A stretch of 64,000 bases of DNA, from the NCBI GenBank assembly GCA_905178155.1, contig CAJINV010000006.1, positions 3,408,437 to 3,472,436 on the forward strand. The letters are read 5' to 3'. Numbering within the stretch: position 1 is the first letter of the stretch; every line of letters starts with the position of its first letter. Source of the DNA: Amoebophrya sp. A120 (Eukaryota; Protista; Dinoflagellata). Made by a program: the position numbers and the translations under genes. Positions 21,184-34,088 of the stretch are shown one piece after another. Under the pieces are notes generated by a model. It had not been told where the DNA came from. It worked only from the letters and a program-made list of their open reading frames with translations, and did not search any database.

Positions 21184-23280
21184 ATGATGACCTGCCAGCT
21201 CACCGTGCAGAGGACCAACACATGCCAACTCTTCGAAGAAAGAGCTCGACGAGTGGTTATCATGCATACTTACAATATTTTTTGTCCGGTGGTGTGTGCG
21301 CACCACATGCAGCAGGAACGAAAATTGAGTGGCGTTCTAGGCAAGCTAATGCTAGAGCTAGTTGCACGAAAAATATATACAGGATCCTTCCAAATCAAAT
21401 GCAAGAGACCCAAATCGATCTTTACATTCGATGGCAAGAAAACGATTAAAACCACGGGTATCAACATACCCAATTAAGGAAGGGTGGAGGAAATCACGAC
21501 AGGAGATGGTCCCAGGTGGTCGTAAAAATCGCTACGCTTCTCGCCGAAGGATGAGCTCTTGACTCGATCCAGGGCCACCACGGGCCAAAGGCTCTGATGA
21601 TAGATAAAATTTGCGATGACAACAAACCACATGTGCGAAGATGAGTTGCAATTCTACATTACAATTCACTTTTTCCACGCCAACAGATGAAAATCATTTT
21701 CATCCCAGCCACTCTATGGCTATGGGCTCTAAGAAATCCACTCTCACTTCCAGTTTTCGACAATATTCGAGAGCCTATACACGAATCCAATCTGGTGCAC
21801 AACTACAAACAAGAAAATCACATAATTAATTGCTTCTTCGACTCACCACGATATCATCGATAGAGAAGATTCTGATTCATTTGATTGGGAAACATGAACT
21901 TGAGCACTTCTTTCTTGCGCCACACATTTCTCCTCATCATCCATCCAAAATCATCCATCTAAGTCTATTTCTCTATCCAAATCAATGGAGGTCATATTTT
22001 CTCTTTTGTTTTGATCTGGATCCAAATCCAATGAATCTCTTCCGAAAATGTCATGTTTTCTCTTCTGGGATAAAAATATTTAAAATCTCATCATAGTTCA
22101 TGGTTAGAATGACATTCATTCACATGGAATTTCGAAAATTAGAAATAACCGAAATTGATCTCGAAAAATAAAAATTTGGAAGATATCTTGAAATTTAAAA
22201 GATAAAATTCAATAATTTCGAAATGTAAAGAGAAATTCAGGGGAGATCTAAAGAGAAAAATCAATGGCATTTCTTCAATGAGACCAAAAACACACACATC
22301 ATAACATTCATTCTACACAGATCGAGATTAGATTCATTCATATTTTTTTTTTTTTCGATTCATTATGAAAATTAGGAATTTGATATATTGTGATCCGATC
22401 ATCCCAATCATTACAAACTATAACCAGAAACAGAAACCCAAACATGAAACCCAGATGAACATGAATACATCGACAAAATTTTTTCAAAAAAAATTTCGGA
22501 ATTCAAAATATATAATATAAATATTCAGGAATTCCAAGGCATATCCCACCTATGATCCTGTCCCTGTGATATAAATCGACATCAATTTTCCAGGAATTGA
22601 GACAAAAATGAATCAATAGAAGAGATTCTTTCTTTCTTTCAAAAATGAAAGAAATCCGAACATTGAAAGAAAGAAACAAAGAAAGAGATTCAGAATCAGA
22701 AGAAAATCAAAGAATATGATGATGAGATGATCCAAAACCAATTCAAGATCATAAGGCATTGATATCAAAAAAAGAAAACGAGAATCTATCATCCTTCCAG
22801 AATATCGATCGATGGTGTCACAGGATGATTTCAATGACGATGATTTGGATGTAGGAAGCTCAATCGAGATCAGAAATTGTAATTGAATGTGAACATCAGA
22901 AACAATAAGATAGAGTAGAAAATGGCCAGACAAAGAGCTGGTGCTGAAATCAAGAAGGATAAGATTTGTTTTTTTTTTTTTCAGAATTATCCGGCTGGCA
23001 AAGAAATTTTTGGTTTAGATTGACACAGATCGAGACTTTCAATTAGGAACAGGACAGGTTTATATTTGGATTGTTGAAGGGAAAGATAGTTTGTTTATTT
23101 TCTGTAGGACAAGACATTTGTTTATCTTTATTTTCAGTTTCATTTTTCAGAAATAGATGTTTATGAAGTTTTTCAAATTTCTACACCAATAGGTTATAGA
23201 TATCGAGGACAGGACAAGAGAGATCTTCATGAAGGATTTCTTCAGGGCCTTGAACATTTGACGCCATGCCCAGGCACGAC

Positions 23281-23323
<43 letters not shown>

Positions 23324-23325
23324 GA
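23281..23325. repeat. (GAAA)n microsatellite
   Basis: Imperfect GAAA run in AT-rich intergenic DNA. Confidence 0.85.
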
Positions 23326-23541
23326 AGCTCAATTTTCTTGTGTTGATAAATATTTGATTTTGGAAAATCGATATCATGAGGAGTGGAACAACATCGAAGT
23401 GCTTATGATCCAGCGTGTATTCTTATGATTCTCTTTCAGACCAGCCGTTTTCTCATCGTTTGTTTGAGAATATGAGGTCTTTTTGTTCATTTTTGTATTT
23501 TCCAGCCAGTTATGGTTCAGTATTGTGTTTTCTTCTCCTTT

Positions 23542-25343
23542 TCACGCATCAAGTGGCACGATGTGGCATCCAAGCAACCCAGTTCCACTCCAGGAACGTG
23601 TATGCATTGCAAATATGTCTGGGTCTGGAAGATTCTTACATTTGTCATGCATGTCTGACATGACTCGAGCATCTGTGATGCATGGGCACGAAGTGGCTCT
23701 CCTATCTGTCATGTAAAAACGTTGTTTTTCATGCGGAATACGCAACACATAGCAGCTCAAAAATTTTTCATGCTTGGCTGCGTATTGCAATCCGGCTATC
23801 ATCCACTTTTAGCATTACAAGTTTCCAGACCCAGACATTTTTGCATTTGATAACGCGGAATCAACTCCAATTCTCTTTCCTCTCTCCCGCTGAGAGCATT
23901 AGTTGTCTGCACGGTTGCAAGCACTGGTTGCTGTAGTTCTTGTGCCGTTGTGTTTGTGTTCGTGGTCGCCGCAGCAGCGTCCAGCATCGGTGCTGCGATG
24001 AGATGTTGATTAGCACTTGTCGGATTACTGCTTAGTGCGCCATTATTTCTCGTCCCTAGTAGGAGTTGTGGCCCATTGGTCATCAGATTCAAGCTGGCCA
24101 GCTCATTACCACCCGACGAAGCATCTGCCTCTTTCCGCTCCATGATATCCCGTTCGACCAACAACACCACGGCCTGTCCGGCGACCACCTGCGTTTTGAT
24201 TTCCCGGAAGCAGTCGGCGACCGTCAGCGTTTTCGGCTGGCCGAGCGTAACAGTTCCGAACCGTTTCACTAAGTCACCAGGGAGAACGCCCGCTTCTTCC
24301 GCCGGGGACCCGGGGAAAACCTTGTCAATCACCGCGAAGGGCGGGCCGCTGCGAAGTTTCAGTTTGTTTGAACTTCCGGCAACATTATTATTGCTGGACA
24401 AGCCCGACGCAAAAGAGGTAGAGTTTGCTATCGGCACCGAAACACGGGAGAGCGCGTGCAGGGACTGCAACGACTGGTCGATTTTCCGCATCACAGCCTT
24501 GTGGTCGTTCTGGTAGCACGCGATTTTGTTCCGCGCGTCTCTATCAACTGCAAATAGGTCTGGGTCTGGAACAAGACTGCCAGGTTTGTAATGCATGTTC
24601 TGCATAACCGACAAAGCCGGTACTACCTGGCCTAGCATCACAGATTTTTAGAGGGCTTTGCCTTTGCGATGCCTATGTATTCCGCATGAGAAATGCATGG
24701 TCATGCAATACAGATTTTTTTAGAACCCAAAGACAACATCACAAGTTGAATCCTTCCCGGACCAGACATATTTGCAATTCATAGTCTCTAACTTGATACA
24801 GGTCAATATCCGCGCGTGGGAACCCCTCCGCGTCGAGTAAATTTCCGGTCAACCCCGGCATATTCGGGGCGGTGAGAAACTCGGTCAATATCTCGATATT
24901 CCGTTCGAGTTTATCTGTATCCTGTGCAAAAGCATCGTACTCGTAGTAATTGCGATTATGCATTACAAATCTTCATCCCAAGGTAAAACAGGATTACAAA
25001 TTCCATTTGTCATGCTGAGGTAATTTGTAATGCAAGTAGAAGTACTACTAGTCCGTTGCTTTTGCAATTTATAATCTTTCTGGGCGATCAAATCTTGCAA
25101 CACCTTCCGCATCACTTGCTCACCGAGAGCGGTTCCTGTTCCTGGATTCGTAGTTCCTGCATTATTCTTTTGCTGCGGCTTGGCGGCGGTGTCGGCCGGT
25201 GCTTTGGTAGTTTCTTGAGAGGTGGTTGTAGTTGAAGCCGTGTTGTCCACCTCGCCGGGGTTTTCTGCAATTGAAGCTGCGAAGGAAGCCGGAGGGGCCA
25301 TGGAGGACGGAGCGTCGACTGGGGGTCGACGAAGGTTCAACAT
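23542..25343 (-). CDS. PSMD9: 26S proteasome assembly chaperone p27/Nas2 (Nas2_N plus PDZ); 3 elements (23601-23852, 24542-24783, 24918-25073)
   Basis: GLTGNLLDAEGFPRADIDLYQVR|DARNKIACYQNDHK, PFAVIDKVFPGSPAEEAGV, and C-terminal LIPR|SWSGTGLLGCHIVPL are typical of Nas2/PSMD9. Confidence 0.92.
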
Positions 25344-26412
25344 TGTACTCTACTTCGAGCTCCTTGCACTTGCAGTAGCAGTTGAGAAAGAAGCACTAGG
25401 GCACAATTCGAATAAACAATGAATCCACCAGGGGGATGGATCGACAGTGTCAGCTACGCTACAGAATTCCAATTCTCAATCGCATTTTATCGAAGGACTA
25501 AAAGGGAAAACATAAACATGGGGGAAAAAAATGAAATGAACATACTAAAGTCGGAGTCGCTGTGATCATGAGAACGAGGAGCAGATGAAGATGTGTGACA
25601 GGTACAACAACGTGGAATGAAGATCAGTTTCAAACTAAGACCACACATCCTCCTCTCAAAGACAAACAGGGTAATTGAGTTTGTTGTTGTTCTCAAGATC
25701 TTCAAATTCAGTAGTCATTTTGGTCGTCCTCGTCATCCAATAATTGTTGAAAACACATGTGTCCTCATGGGGTCCTGTATTGCGATGAGAAACTGCTCCC
25801 AAATGTGTTTTTTGTACAGCAGAAGTGGGTCAAATCGGACGGGAGATTTGTCCAAGCATACACGATGAATATCATTTGGCTCCTTGTTTGTTTCTCTTGT
25901 TTTCCACATTATTTTTTGAAATTCACATTTCTCTACTATCAATCTTGAGACGTCCTCGGGCACCATCAATTCGTGCGCTAGTATCTTTTGTTCTAGAAGA
26001 AGTTGGTAATATATGATAATTGCGACTTTTTTGTCGGTCATCGGCGCGGGGGCGGGACTACAAGTATTTTCTGTCAGACAGAATGACCGCTTCGTTCATA
26101 TCGGACTGCTGTTCTACGTATTGCTTGAGGCTTGCAGTTTCGACTAGTAGATTAAGTCAGAATACACTTGAGATGTCGGGTCTTTTGCTACAGGGAACGA
26201 GTTTTGAGTTTTCTTTGCTTTCACTACATCTTGATAAAAGTAGTCCTAAGTGTCTGTGTCTATAGTGTACCTACGAGTAGTAAAAAAAGTCGGCGTGGTT
26301 CAGACTTTTTTTTTGTTTGGTGTTCTACTTCAGTAACGAGCGTTGGTTAGGAATCACCAAGAAATTAAAGACCCATCTCCATCTCCATCACCACCTTTCC
26401 TCTTCAAAAAAT

Positions 26413-29400
26413 CTAAATCCGATCCGCGATGCTGCTCCGCGTGCAGCCGCAGCAGTTGGGGTGGTGCTTACCGTCAAACGCGACGCTATCCACTGCAAAA
26501 GTATGTTATTGCATTTATGCATTACAAATCTCTTTCTCAAGGTGAATCAGCATTACAAATCAAATTTGTAGTGCTGGGCTAATTTGTAATGCAGTTTATA
26601 CTAGTACGATGCTTTTGCAGTTCATACACGTTCTCCTTTGATGACTGTTTCGGGCAGTACAACCTATCAAATGTAAAAGTGTCTGGGTCTGGAAACTTGT
26701 GATGCTGGGTAGCGTTTCATGATGAGCCCACAAATGCTACCTCAGCATGACAAGTTTCTGAGTTTCTAGGTGTTGCCCATGCTGCATGACAAACTGCGTT
26801 TCTGCATCGCAGAAAAGTGGAGCTCTTGGGTAACGTGCATGACAGATTTAAGAGTCATGCCAGACAAGCATGACAAACATGCATTCTTCCAGACCCAGAC
26901 ATTTTTGCATTTGATACAACCTCCTGCAGCCCAACAAACAGCACCAGTACTCGTAGCACCCGTAAAACAGTCCCCGGGTGTATCCTGCGTAAAAACGTCC
27001 CCAGCCGCCCAGAGCTGTCATGCAGATTTGCAATCACAGGAACATTTGTCATGCACAGGCCCGTGAGAGGCATTTCCCGGTCGTGTGTTTTGAAATTTGT
27101 AATGCTGTAAACGGGATGAAGCTATGGGTTTGTGATGGGCCTGTCCTTGCTCAACTACCCTACAATACAGAGGGAAACTTGTCATGCGCGACTCCCGAAA
27201 CTTCTGCATCTGTCTTGCAGATTTACCAACTTGTTGACTATGGGGTGGGGACGTTTTTGCTTAGAATAGGGTTGGGCCGGTCAGCTTGTAGGTTTGGTTG
27301 TACTCCAGGTGCAGGGAGTGGATGTTGCGGGTCCGATCCGCGATACCCAGCCGGTCCCAGTAGTCACAGTAGTCGTCCCAGCACATCCAGAAAGAGCCAT
27401 CATCCTTCGCCACATGGATCTTCGCCTTGACCTGTATTGTGATTTCCACATCGACATCCACGCATCACAAACGCTGACTTGCTTGCAGCTCGTGCATGAC
27501 AAGCTTTTTCGAGTTTCTGTGCGACTGGGATATGTAAAACATGATTATCATTATGCACGTTCTGCATGACAGACAAAGCCGACCTGCTAAGTATAGTACC
27601 GCTGGAAACTCTTCCCATTTCGCCGAGTTGTCGCCCCAGTCACCTTTCCACTCACCCCCGCCCCACGGATTCCGGATTCGCACGAGCCTATCCTTAGAAA
27701 AAAGGGCTACAGTAGGTACACGTTTGTTGGAACTTCAGCAACACAAACTTGCTCGGCATGGCAGAGTAGAAAACTTGCAATGTTGCAAAGATTACAAGCG
27801 AATAAAACACATATGAAACGAGGCATCTACTAAGCATGTCCCGCATGACAGGACTTGTCTGCCTTGCTGGTCCTGCAACACTATGTGTAACTGTGACACT
27901 TTTTGCTGGGGGTAGAGCTTCAAATGACACGGGCCCGTCCTGGAGGATTCCTTGAATTCTTATCCACAGCAAATAATTTGCCGGACACGTTGTACAAATG
28001 CAGTTTCTGCATGACAAAACTTTTCTGTAATCCATCCTGTTCAGCACGACAAGTCGATGAATTCTCAACAAAGGTTGATGCCCAATTGCAATTTGTGATG
28101 CATTTTGTACGTCGTGCACGGGGACGAAAAATTTGTATTGCATAGCTCTTGCGCGTCGAGGATGGAGTACGCGTGCCCGGAAACTAATCCGTCCATCCGC
28201 TGCGCGCCATATGGATTGCAAAAGTGTCTGGGTCTGGAAGAATGCAAGTTTGTCATGCTTGTCTGGCATGACTCATAAATCTGTGATGCAGGAGCAGGAA
28301 AAGGACCTCTTGTCTGTCATGCAGAAACGCAGTTTGCCATGCGGAAAACGAAACACAAGAGCAGCTCAAAAATTTGTCATGCTTGGCTGCGTATTGGAGT
28401 GCGCCCACCAGTCACACTTTAGCATTACAAGTTTCCAGACCCAGACATTTTTGCATTTGATACGCCAGAGGCACAGAGCACCGACCCCCGCCGATTATGC
28501 AAGGCAAAAGAAACGATTGCGATGTGAAACATGCATCACAAAACTATTTCTCACGACGAAAAGTAGGATAAGGAAAAACAAAGAGGATCTGTCATGCAAA
28601 TCCTTGCATTGTCACTTTTGCCGAGGATAGCGGTTGTAGCGAAACAAAGTGTCCCACATCTCGTCCACCGAAAGCGTTTCGTCCGTGCCCTGCAGGGACC
28701 CGTTGCGCTTGTCCCTGAAAGAACAACAAGTTGTGTTGCAGAGCTACGACGAGGAAGTGGTTTTGACATGCACATCAACCATGATCAGCATCAGCATTTT
28801 CATGAAAAGCGAACGTTTACGTTGATGCTGTTCCTGCTCGTACGTAAGTACTATGTTGGAGTTGGTTTTCGATTATTTATACCTGGCCACCGGTCGCAGG
28901 CAGTGTCGGCACACTGGGTGCTTCGACGGATCTTCTTGATTCACGAAGTTTGGTATGGAGGCGTGACAAAGTTATCAACATCACCCACAGTTGTAGTTGT
29001 CGTGTCTCGGGACCACAAACGGAGCACAATCAAAAACGTCGCACCGTATGTGCTGGACCTTCACTGCCACTGCGCCGGGCTATCTATCTAGCGCGTCATG
29101 TGAAGCTGGTAGGGGCGCGCGTGTAAATACTATATCTCTTCAACGGGCGGCGGGGACGCGGCGCGGGGGCGAAGCGGCAGACTGCAGCGTAGCAAGGTCT
29201 TGCATTCTCGTAAGCGCGCCTGCGACGCATCAAATAGGCAGTTGCGCGGGCAGTTGCAAGGAAGGGCTGGGAGGGTTAGGCGCCATTCCGAATCGCGGGG
29301 ACTTCTCAGGAAGTGCATGTTTAGCCCGACCACGTGCAAGCGAACCAATACCAATGGTGCCCAGTGCTAGGACATAGTGGAAGAGGAGCTACGACTGCAA

Positions 29401-32400
29401 ATTCTTCATATGCAAGCTGCAGCTTGCTACTTTTCTGCAAGAATCGAAGTCGAATCTGAGTGAGCAGCTACGGAGGGAGACAGCTAGAACCGTGCGCGGT
29501 GAGGATTCTTGCAACAGCTGCACTTTCGTACCCCACCTCTTCCACCTGGTGCCGCCCGACTTCTCCTTGGAATACCACCGGCAGTGGTCCCCCGTCATCG
29601 CCCGCAGTGCCCAAATCGTGCTTCCCCCCTCCAGGTTCTGGTAGGATCCGCACAGTTTCTATCCAAAACAAATTTATTGCCGTCCACGATGTACAAATGC
29701 AGTTCCTCCATAACAATAGTTGTGCTGCAACCCTATTCAGCATGACAACTTGCATGCTTTGCCTGCTCGAGGAGATTAGATTTGTGATGCATTTCGTACA
29801 CTGTGCACGGGAATGAATTTATAGTGCATAGTTTTGCAAACGCCTTCTCCAGCAGCAGCACCCACAATTCCTCCCCGTATGCATTGCAAACATATGCATA
29901 TCGCACTAGTAGTAGGAGTCGCATTACAAATTTTCGCAGTATGACAAATAGAATTCGAATTTGTTGTAATGCTGATTTCGGCTTAGTAAGCACATTTGTC
30001 ATGCGGTAGTACCACGAGTGCGATACTCGTCTCTCAGTGGATACTCCGTTCGGCTGCGCAAATTTCGGCTTCGCCACCCCAGTATGCAGCGCAAAAGTAT
30101 CGCACTCGTATAAATTGCATTACAAATTTCCTCAGCATGAGAAATAAAATTTGTTATGCGGATTTACCTTAAGAGAAAGATTTGTAATGCATGGCTGAAT
30201 ACGAGTACGATACTACTTTTGCACAGGATACCCAGATCGCTCCCACGCGTCCCGATCGCACGGAATGTAGTCGTCGATGGTAAACACGCGCCATTTAATC
30301 CTCTAGAAAAGTTGTATCATCATCATGTAGTGGACACCCTCTCCCAGCGCCACAGGTCAAGGATCCCCTCCCCGGGGGGTGGGCGAGGAAGCGCTTTCGG
30401 CAACCTCATCATACAAAAGCCGAGCGCTACCACGGCAAGTCGCCCCAAGAAAAGTGCCAACCAGTCGGGAGCTACCCACCACACCTGATCAGTACAGCCC
30501 GGCCAGCTAGCCGAGCGCGACAGCCCAACATACAGAACGATCCAGGACCCGACCCATTTTACGCCATACGTTTTTGTTCTCACGGAAGAGACGACGCACC
30601 CCTTTGGGTTAAGGGGCGAGACTCTCCCCTAAGCCGCAGCCCCGCCCAGACTGGGGAGGCTGGACCGTTTGTGCCTTACCTGCGGCACGGGCGAACAGAG
30701 CAAGTGCACGGACCACAGTTGTCAAACCATAGACCAGTAGTAAGTGCGTAGTAAGTGCGTAGTAAGTGCGATATTGCATGACAAACCCATTTTCTATACG
30801 GTAATTTAGAATGAGAGATTCCATTTGTAGTCATGCTGAGAAATAAATTTGTAATGCGATAACTCCTACCACAGTACGATACTTTTCTATCTTGCGCCAT
30901 ACACTGCCCGCGACAGCCATCCGCGGTTCCGTCGAACAGTTGGATTTTGTACTTATTATGCATTGCAAAAGCATCGCACTCGTACTAATTGCATTTATGC
31001 ATTACAAATTTCTGTCTCAAGTTAAATCCGCATTGCAAATTTTGTTTCTCATGCTGAGGAAATTTGTCATGCGATTCATACTATAGTACGATAGTTTTGC
31101 AGTGCATAATTACCCCGCGGGTCCAACTCTTTGGTCAGAAACAAATTGTCAATGGCCCCGGGGCGCTCCGCCATGCAGGCCATCGCGGCCATCAGCCAGC
31201 AGTCGCCGATCTGGCCTTGCAGAATGTCCGTGGCGGAGATGCCGTCTTGGTACAGTTGCATGTTCGAGTCCGTGAGTTTCCCCTGGATCAGCGATTGGTA
31301 GAGCCGCTTGGTCATCGACGGTCGTTTCGGTTTCTCTGACTTGCCACCACCGCCAGCGACTTTGGATTTCTGTGGAAAATTTTGTTTTAAGTGGTTCTAT
31401 GCATGACAAACCAATGTGACTTGTCACTCCTGCATGACAAAAGCTCGCTCTGCATGACAAATTCTTCTATACCCCAAACTCCCCCGCTCGGAGCCACACC
31501 ACCTTCTCGTGTATCGTCGCCGCCTGGCCCAGTGTGTCAGGTGCAAAAGTAACGTACACTATGCTATGCAGCAATTGCAATATTGCATGACAGATCTATC
31601 TGTGTACGCTAATCAGCATAACAAAGTCCTCCATTTCTTATGCCAAGAAAACTTGTAGTAATGCAATTTCTACTATAGGTACGATAGAAGTTTTACGATG
31701 GATACTGTGCAGCACTGTCGCCTCCCACATTCCCAAGCGAACTCGGACAGGGCGGAAATTTATGGTCGACGTAACTCCAGGCACAGCAGGTCCAGATGAT
31801 CCCGAAGCAGCGGCAGGTCCAATCGCAGGCATGGCAGCAGAAGCAGCAGAACCGGTGGAAGGAACGCTTCAAGTGGATCCCGAGGCAACTGCAGCAGTAG
31901 ATCCGGATAGCGTGGTAGCACAGCACGATGGGGGAGAAAATGATGTTGTACAAACAGCACGCGTTGCCCTCCCGCGCGTCAAAGCAGCAGCAGTATTCTG
32001 AGCAAAAACGTTCCCATCCCAGAGTTGTCATGCAAAAACGCATGCTCAAAATGCTTCTCATGCGGATCCCCATGACAGGCATTTTCTCGTCGTGTTTTCG
32101 AATTGTAATGCCCCGATCAGCATGGTGGGTGCGATTTGTGATGCGTCTGAACGAGGTAAACAGGATGACAGTACGAGGTCGAACTTGTCATGCGCAACAC
32201 CCTAGGTGTGTAGATTTGTCTAGCAGATTTCCCATCTTGAATATGGGGGGGGGGGACGTTTTTACTCAGGATAAGCAGCAGTACTTCCGTACCGGGGTGG
32301 GTTCTTTCGTTTTCGGGTCGATGCCCATCTTCTCGACGTAGTCGAAACAGGTTTCCTATGACAGTGCACAACTCCCCCTCCCCGTCATTTGTATTGGATG

Positions 32401-32676
32401 AACGGCAATTACAAGCATCAGCAAGAATGCCGGTTTTGCATGATAAAGTTGCACTGCAGCGTAGTGCAATTGGGGATGCCAGAACTTGTCATGCAGACAG
32501 TGCCAAGAGGCAAAGGGTAGATTGGGTATTTTGCATGACAAATGCGGGGGAGGGAGCATTGTGCACTGTCATATTTCCCCCCGTGCATACCCCTCCTGGT
32601 AATCAAACTGCCCGCGCTCCTTTTCCGGGTTAGTGGACAGCCCGAGCTGCCGGGCCACCTCGCCCGGGGCGGCCAT
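26413..32676 (-). CDS. Calpain-family cysteine protease (CysPc) with Cys-rich N- and C-terminal segments; 15 elements plus several GT-AG introns
   Basis: YVDHKFPP, VWLRAGE, QGQIGDCWLMAA (Cys), TIDDYIP, ELWVLLLEKAFAKLCGSY..LEGG, GHAYS (His), IRNPWG (Asn), DDGSFWM. Exon structure at 28691-29530 not fully resolved. Confidence 0.92.
27432..27599 (-). other. Canonical GT-AG intron in calpain
   Basis: GCG|GTACTA...ATACAG|GTC joins EEFPA to VKAKIH. Confidence 0.78.
30083..30230. mobile_element. Introner/MITE family B (TIR about TATGCATTGCAAAAGTATCGTACTCGTA, about 150 bp); representative of 20 copies
   Basis: DR CCCAG. Others: 147-308, 2270-2430, 3405-5860, 8287-8441, 8535-8703, 8817-8999, 9407-9523, 10481-10637, 11563-11713, 20902-21065, 24918-25073, 26487-26626, 29878-30043, 30297-30901, 30957-31108, 31535-31704, 34846-35857, 51183-51330, 52933-53281. 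Confidence 0.93.
30316..30736 (-). mobile_element. Short non-LTR retroelement 3' fragment with (ATG)n tail, nested in a family-B element
   Basis: About 75 bp nearly identical to 51924-52000. GTAGTAAGTGC is triplicated at the other junction. Confidence 0.7.
31370..31472 (-). other. Canonical GT-AG intron in calpain
   Basis: GGG|GTATAG...CCACAG|AAA joins AGEFG to KSKV. Confidence 0.78.
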
Positions 32677-34088
32677 TTTGCGGTTTGTTGTAAGGGCTGC
32701 GCTAGTACCTACTATAACGGTACTTGTTCGGGTCCTGTCTGGCGGTTGTACCGATTACGTTTTTTTGTCGTCCTCCGACGACGCAAATCATACCAGGAAT
32801 CAATAGAACGACCGACCGACCGACGACGACGGGTCCAAGTTTGGACATGAAAGATGCACGATGGTTTCTTAATACGCTGACCTCCCAATATTTACACGGA
32901 TCGATCCTGCTGAAGGTCCGGTCGCTCTACTCTCATATCACTCCATCAATGTGGTTTTTGACACTGACGCACTCACATTACACACCTGAAAGCGCTGTCG
33001 TCGAGTGCTGGTGATCTCGTCTCCTCCGCTACTTCTTGTAGTACCAGGCCTCATGATGAAATTTCTCCAAGAGATGCTCAATTCTCTGATGACTTGGAGA
33101 CGATGACTTTTTCAATTTCGCCCAACGAATAAAGGAATCCACGACTACGAAGATTATTTAAGGCAAGAATCTTCAAACATGTGGAGTAACAAGAAGAGCT
33201 CCATCATGCGCCGTGATCGACTTCGACACAAGCACAACTTCATGTCATCTTTTTTTAGAAGCAAAACTGCTTCAGCGCCGATACTTTCTGCCAGGTCCTG
33301 TCAGCTGGAAGAAGCAGAGAGAAATGGTATGGGTAAAAGCCGCGCATTGATATTTCGTCCTGGTCCTCCTGGAGGGTATTTTCTCTTTCTATGAGTGCAT
33401 TCAAAAATAACGTCACAAGACGTTGATCCGCAAGTGGGGGTTGCATCTGTATCATACTTCGCAGCTATTCCTATTGTGCGTGCTACTGCTGTATTCTCGA
33501 GCGTCAGATTCTGAAACGGTTCTTCGCGTTGTATCATGATCATTTCAGATAAACAAGAATTTCAGGTGCTGGAAGCAGTTGGTAAAAAATACGGGCAGAA
33601 GAAGTAGAAGTCGTGATGTCATCGGTCGTGCAGTAAAACTTAAGGCAGAAATAGGTACAGTTGGCGCAGTTCGGCAAACAGAAGCATGAGAAATTTGTTT
33701 AAAACTCAAATCTACATCGTATGTGACTGGAAATAAAAAGCATTATGGATGAGTTCTTCTCCGCGTTGTTGTGGGTTTCTCTCTCTACCTAACAAGTTCA
33801 ACTGGTCGTGAATTCTGCACTAAAACTACTACCTTGACTGCACATGAGTGTTGAAACTACTGCAACCACTGTTCGGCGGTCGTGAAACCGTACGGAATAA
33901 GCTTAAACTTTCACCAGTTTTTATTGTGTTTTTTGCGATGATGTTCTTGACAGCAGGAAAATCATAACAAGAAAGTACATTATCATAAGTTGGACCGCAA
34001 GAAAGAGCCCGATCGCCACCTAGCAGGTACGAGGTACTACCGGAGGTATTCAGGAAGTTGCTGCCTCCGCGAGGAGACTACATGTAGC

